Of a stretch of DNA of 64,000 nt, positions 60,800 through 64,000 are shown in pieces. The stretch lies in assembly GCA_965218695.1 (NCBI GenBank), contig OZ244651.1, positions 512,001 through 576,000 on the forward strand, written 5' to 3'. Numbering within the stretch: position 1 is the first letter of the stretch; each line of letters begins with the position of its first letter. Both the position numbers and the translations under genes were made by a program. The DNA comes from Nitrosopumilus sp. (lineage in GTDB: Archaea > Thermoproteota > Nitrososphaeria > Nitrososphaerales > Nitrosopumilaceae). The notes beneath the pieces were generated by a model. The model was not told where the DNA came from. It saw only the letters and a program-made list of their open reading frames with translations, and searched no databases.

Positions 60800-61191
60800 A
60801 TTGGGTTTGGATTACCATCCTATTTGGATCTGTGGTTTGCACAAAATTTACCCAAGAGTGAACTGAATTAGGCACGACGTGAACACTTACCATCATTTGT
60901 ATTCACGTATGATCTTTTGACAGACTGGAGAGGCAAAATGTGCGTCCAATGTCTCTTGAGTTGGTCTGTTCGCATATTCAACTCTTCTTGGTGTCTATCT
61001 TTGCGTTGAATAACATGCCATACATATGGCCGTCTTAATACACAATGTTCCCTCCATGCAGATGGGGAGCAAAAACTTTTTCCGGCTTCTCTACTTCATT
61101 CCCCACACCTTTGGTAATGATTGCGACATTTTTATCTTGGGATTTTGCGAGATATGAGATTATTTTTTACAGCGGACAAATTAAATGATTG

Positions 61192-63837
61192 CTATGGCCC
61201 AAGAGTCTTTTTTAATACTGCAATCAATTCATTTTTAGTTTTAATTGCTTCATCTAAGATAAATTCGCTTTTACATAAATAAATTGTTAATTCTTCTTGT
61301 TTTTTTCTATCGAATATTTTAGCATCACCAAGTACAGGGATCTCAATTTTTATATCTTGCATAATTTGAACTGTGACCCTTTTGTTTTGCTTTTCTTGTC
61401 CTAAAGCAGATTTACGTAGTTTTTTGTTAAGAATGTGGTAAACATAAGGAAGATACAAATTTTTTGGATCATATGCTTTATGCCTGCCCTCAAATTTTTC
61501 TTTTAGTTGTAGAATTCCAGAATGGTATGTTAGGTTAAATTTACCACTTCGTAAAAATACGGTTCCTGCGTATACTCCATCGGCTGTCCACGTCAGACAT
61601 TCTTTTACATCATAATCAACTCTGTCTATCATTCCTATTCTTCCATCTTCAACAGTTTTACCTGAATAAACAGGGTACTCTCCCTTATGCGCTAAACAAT
61701 ATTTTTTTGTAATTTTTGCGTCACCACGTCTCATATCAAAAAGATCCGATAATTTGAACGATTTAACATTTTTAGCACTAGCCAACACAGTGTTTTGAGA
61801 TTTAATAAGATCGCTAATTTTAGATTTTGTTTCATCTATTATTTCCAGAACTGTTTCCAATTTTATTTCATCTTCTACCAAGTTTAGTCTTTTGAGTTCT
61901 TTTTCTGTCCACCATTTGTCAACACGCCAGTGTTTAGATTTTTCTAATTGATCTAAATTCAATATTTTACATCTTCGACTTTTTATCAATGAATATGATT
62001 CAGGCAGTGATTTTATTGCTGAAAACATTGAAAATAGCGTTTCCATTTCGGGTAAATTATTTTGAGAAATTTCGTATCTGCCTTTTTTAGTGAGATCTTC
62101 ACCAATTTCTGAAACTAGATATGTAAATACACCATGTCTTTGTTGGTCACTGATTTTGTCTTTTTTTGTAATTGCTAAAATGTATGTTTTTCTAAAATTA
62201 GCATAAAATGATCGTATAGGTAAAGAAATTATTGCATCAAGATAACATTCTTGTATTATATAATCTCTTAATTTTTTATCAGCAACCCTCTCCATTACAC
62301 CATCAGGAAGAATGATAAATGCTTTACCCTTTTTCTTTAGATTTCTGATAATCCACTCAATTGCCAAACCTTCTAGTCCAGATGCATTAATCGGGTAAAA
62401 TTCTTGTAATCCTTTACTTTTAATTTCTTCTTTAATAACACGTGCACCTCGTGTAACGTATGGGGGGTTTGTTAGAATATAATCATATTTTTGTTCTTCT
62501 TTTTTTATAATATGTCCAAATGTGGCTAAATTATCTCTGAATAAAGTAAATGTGCTGTTAAAAATTTTTGCAAAATCTACTGTTTGTTTCGGATATTTAA
62601 AAATAATATCTGTTAAATAAATCAACATATTCGCTTTGGCCAGAATAATTGTTCTTTCATCATCACGTTCAAACCCTTTGTCAAATCCATTCAAAACAAA
62701 TGGTGTTTTGATGTTACCATGACTGTCTGGCGTGTAACATTGTTTTATTTTATCATTTAAATTCAGAATTTCAAGTAAGAATCCACCAACTCCACAGAAG
62801 GGATCACATATTCTTTTATTGTTAAATTCAAACGATTCTTCATCCAATTTTGATAGTCTGATGATAGATTGTATGATTTTTCGTGTTGTAAAATATTGTC
62901 CAAGAGCCTCAACCTCTTGTTTGAGAAACGTCTCATATAATTTAGTTTTAAAATTTTTATCAATTTTTATAAAATTTCCAAAATTACTTTGATATTCAAA
63001 AAGATGTTTTAAAGAATAATGAAATAGCACGGATTGTAATAAATTTGGATCGCCCTCTTCATTTACAAATATGGTTCCGTTAATCAATGTGGTATGATCA
63101 GTTCCTTCTGGAAATAATTCCTTGATTTTAACTCTTGAATTTCTTGCGTAGAATGTTAAAGCTTCGTCTGGCGAGGTCTTTGCTAATTGATAAACAGCAT
63201 CAAATCCATATTGTTTATCCAATACATTCAAATCACTAAGAAATTTAAAAATTAATAATTCAACTACGTTATATAGACACTTGATTGGAGCTTTACCGGT
63301 AGCGCCCCAAATTGTTTGCCACATTTGACTAGCCAGATCAGAGGGATCAATGACTTTTTCCTCGCATAATGTTGAATTAGTCTTTGTGACAGATAAATCA
63401 ATTTCTTCGATTAGTTTTTCAATTTCATTTACATTTTTTGTAAGTTTTGCATCAAAAATAGTTTTAATTTCCTTTCCGTGTTCTCTTTTCACTCTATTTC
63501 CACTTAAAGCATTAATCCATATTGTTTTTGAAGTATTGTCTGTTATTATCAGCAATTTGCACAATTTTTTTGCAACTTTTTTTTCTTGTTCGATTGCCTT
63601 TTTTTCTTTTATTATAGTATTAAGTTCCTGCGGGGATTTGGATTCAACTACTCCCTTTACCTCGTTGTGATAAAGTATTATTCCATCTGGTTTTTTCTTT
63701 AGCAATCCCCCATAATCTTTTTTTGGAATCAATCCTGCATTCTTTAATTGGTTGATTGTGGTTTCTCCAAGACGATAGTACAAATATTTACCAATTTTTT
63801 GAGGTACTACTTGGAGTAATTGTTCACTAGAATTCAT
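61192..63837 (-). CDS. fused restriction endonuclease / N6-methyltransferase / TRD protein (type IIG-like)
   Basis: KPDG...VESK nuclease, LGQYFT, DPFCGVGGF, TNPPY, C-terminal HsdS-like TRD (YPVYSG, TWTADG.YAG); very low GC. Confidence 0.88.
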   Translation of the reverse strand: MNSSEQLLQVVPQKIGKYLYYRLGETTINQLKNAGLIPKKDYGGLLKKKPDGIILYHNEVKGVVESKSPQELNTIIKEKKAIEQEKKVAKKLCKLLIITDNTSKTIWINALSGNRVKREHGKEIKTIFDAKLTKNVNEIEKLIEEIDLSVTKTNSTLCEEKVIDPSDLASQMWQTIWGATGKAPIKCLYNVVELLIFKFLSDLNVLDKQYGFDAVYQLAKTSPDEALTFYARNSRVKIKELFPEGTDHTTLINGTIFVNEEGDPNLLQSVLFHYSLKHLFEYQSNFGNFIKIDKNFKTKLYETFLKQEVEALGQYFTTRKIIQSIIRLSKLDEESFEFNNKRICDPFCGVGGFLLEILNLNDKIKQCYTPDSHGNIKTPFVLNGFDKGFERDDERTIILAKANMLIYLTDIIFKYPKQTVDFAKIFNSTFTLFRDNLATFGHIIKKEEQKYDYILTNPPYVTRGARVIKEEIKSKGLQEFYPINASGLEGLAIEWIIRNLKKKGKAFIILPDGVMERVADKKLRDYIIQECYLDAIISLPIRSFYANFRKTYILAITKKDKISDQQRHGVFTYLVSEIGEDLTKKGRYEISQNNLPEMETLFSMFSAIKSLPESYSLIKSRRCKILNLDQLEKSKHWRVDKWWTEKELKRLNLVEDEIKLETVLEIIDETKSKISDLIKSQNTVLASAKNVKSFKLSDLFDMRRGDAKITKKYCLAHKGEYPVYSGKTVEDGRIGMIDRVDYDVKECLTWTADGVYAGTVFLRSGKFNLTYHSGILQLKEKFEGRHKAYDPKNLYLPYVYHILNKKLRKSALGQEKQNKRVTVQIMQDIKIEIPVLGDAKIFDRKKQEELTIYLCKSEFILDEAIKTKNELIAVLKKTLGP

Positions 63838-64000
63838 TTTTTGTTTAGCTCCTTGTAATCGCGGTCTTCATTATATGCACGGTTCAGATTCATAGAGTTC
63901 GCCTTAGATAACGCGTTCATCATCATCATTAAATTCATTCTACTATTTTTCCTTATCTGTCACCCTCAAAAGAATAGTATGGTATCACAAGTATGAGCGG

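Larger units (their letters stand above)
57812..60890 (-). mobile_element. IS66-family element hosting a second IS66
   Basis: TIR gtaagtgttcacgt / acgtgaacacttac; 8-bp TSD catcattt. Confidence 0.93.

Noticed and set aside
60899-61150. Possible ABM/quinol monooxygenase relic (QETLDAHFASP on the minus strand)
   Set aside because: A single short motif among stops and frameshifts; too weak to call.

Overview
Archaeal window. The TBP, aIF-1A, L15e and RibL sequences look like Nitrososphaerota (Nitrosopumilaceae); a host-associated lifestyle is only inferred from the IS load. Housekeeping genes (ribL at the left; aIF-1A and rpl15e near 55-56 kb) flank a ~50 kb accessory island that looks like a decaying conjugative or secretion element. 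It encodes a VirB4/HerA-like ATPase (split by two nested ISs and restorable to one 614-aa frame), a TadA/VirB11 ATPase, a TadC/GspF platform protein, several type IV pilin-like proteins and two very large membrane-anchored surface proteins. It also carries its own TBP, a divergent TFB, a wHTH-nucleotidyltransferase-TFIIB fusion protein, many Cys-rich zinc-finger microproteins and restriction-modification enzymes. Most of the pilus/transfer genes share a non-canonical promoter: a C-run directly abutting the TATA box, 26-28 nt before the start. This suggests a private transcription programme, and it is the best candidate for an undescribed system. About 14 ISs (IS66, IS5, ISH3, IS630) plus remnants are present, many with readable TIRs/TSDs and nesting. 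There is also a small palindromic MITE-like repeat family and a tnpB 3' remnant. No integrase, relaxase, VirD4, tRNA, rRNA or CRISPR array was recognised. All family assignments come from motif recognition by eye, not from database searches.
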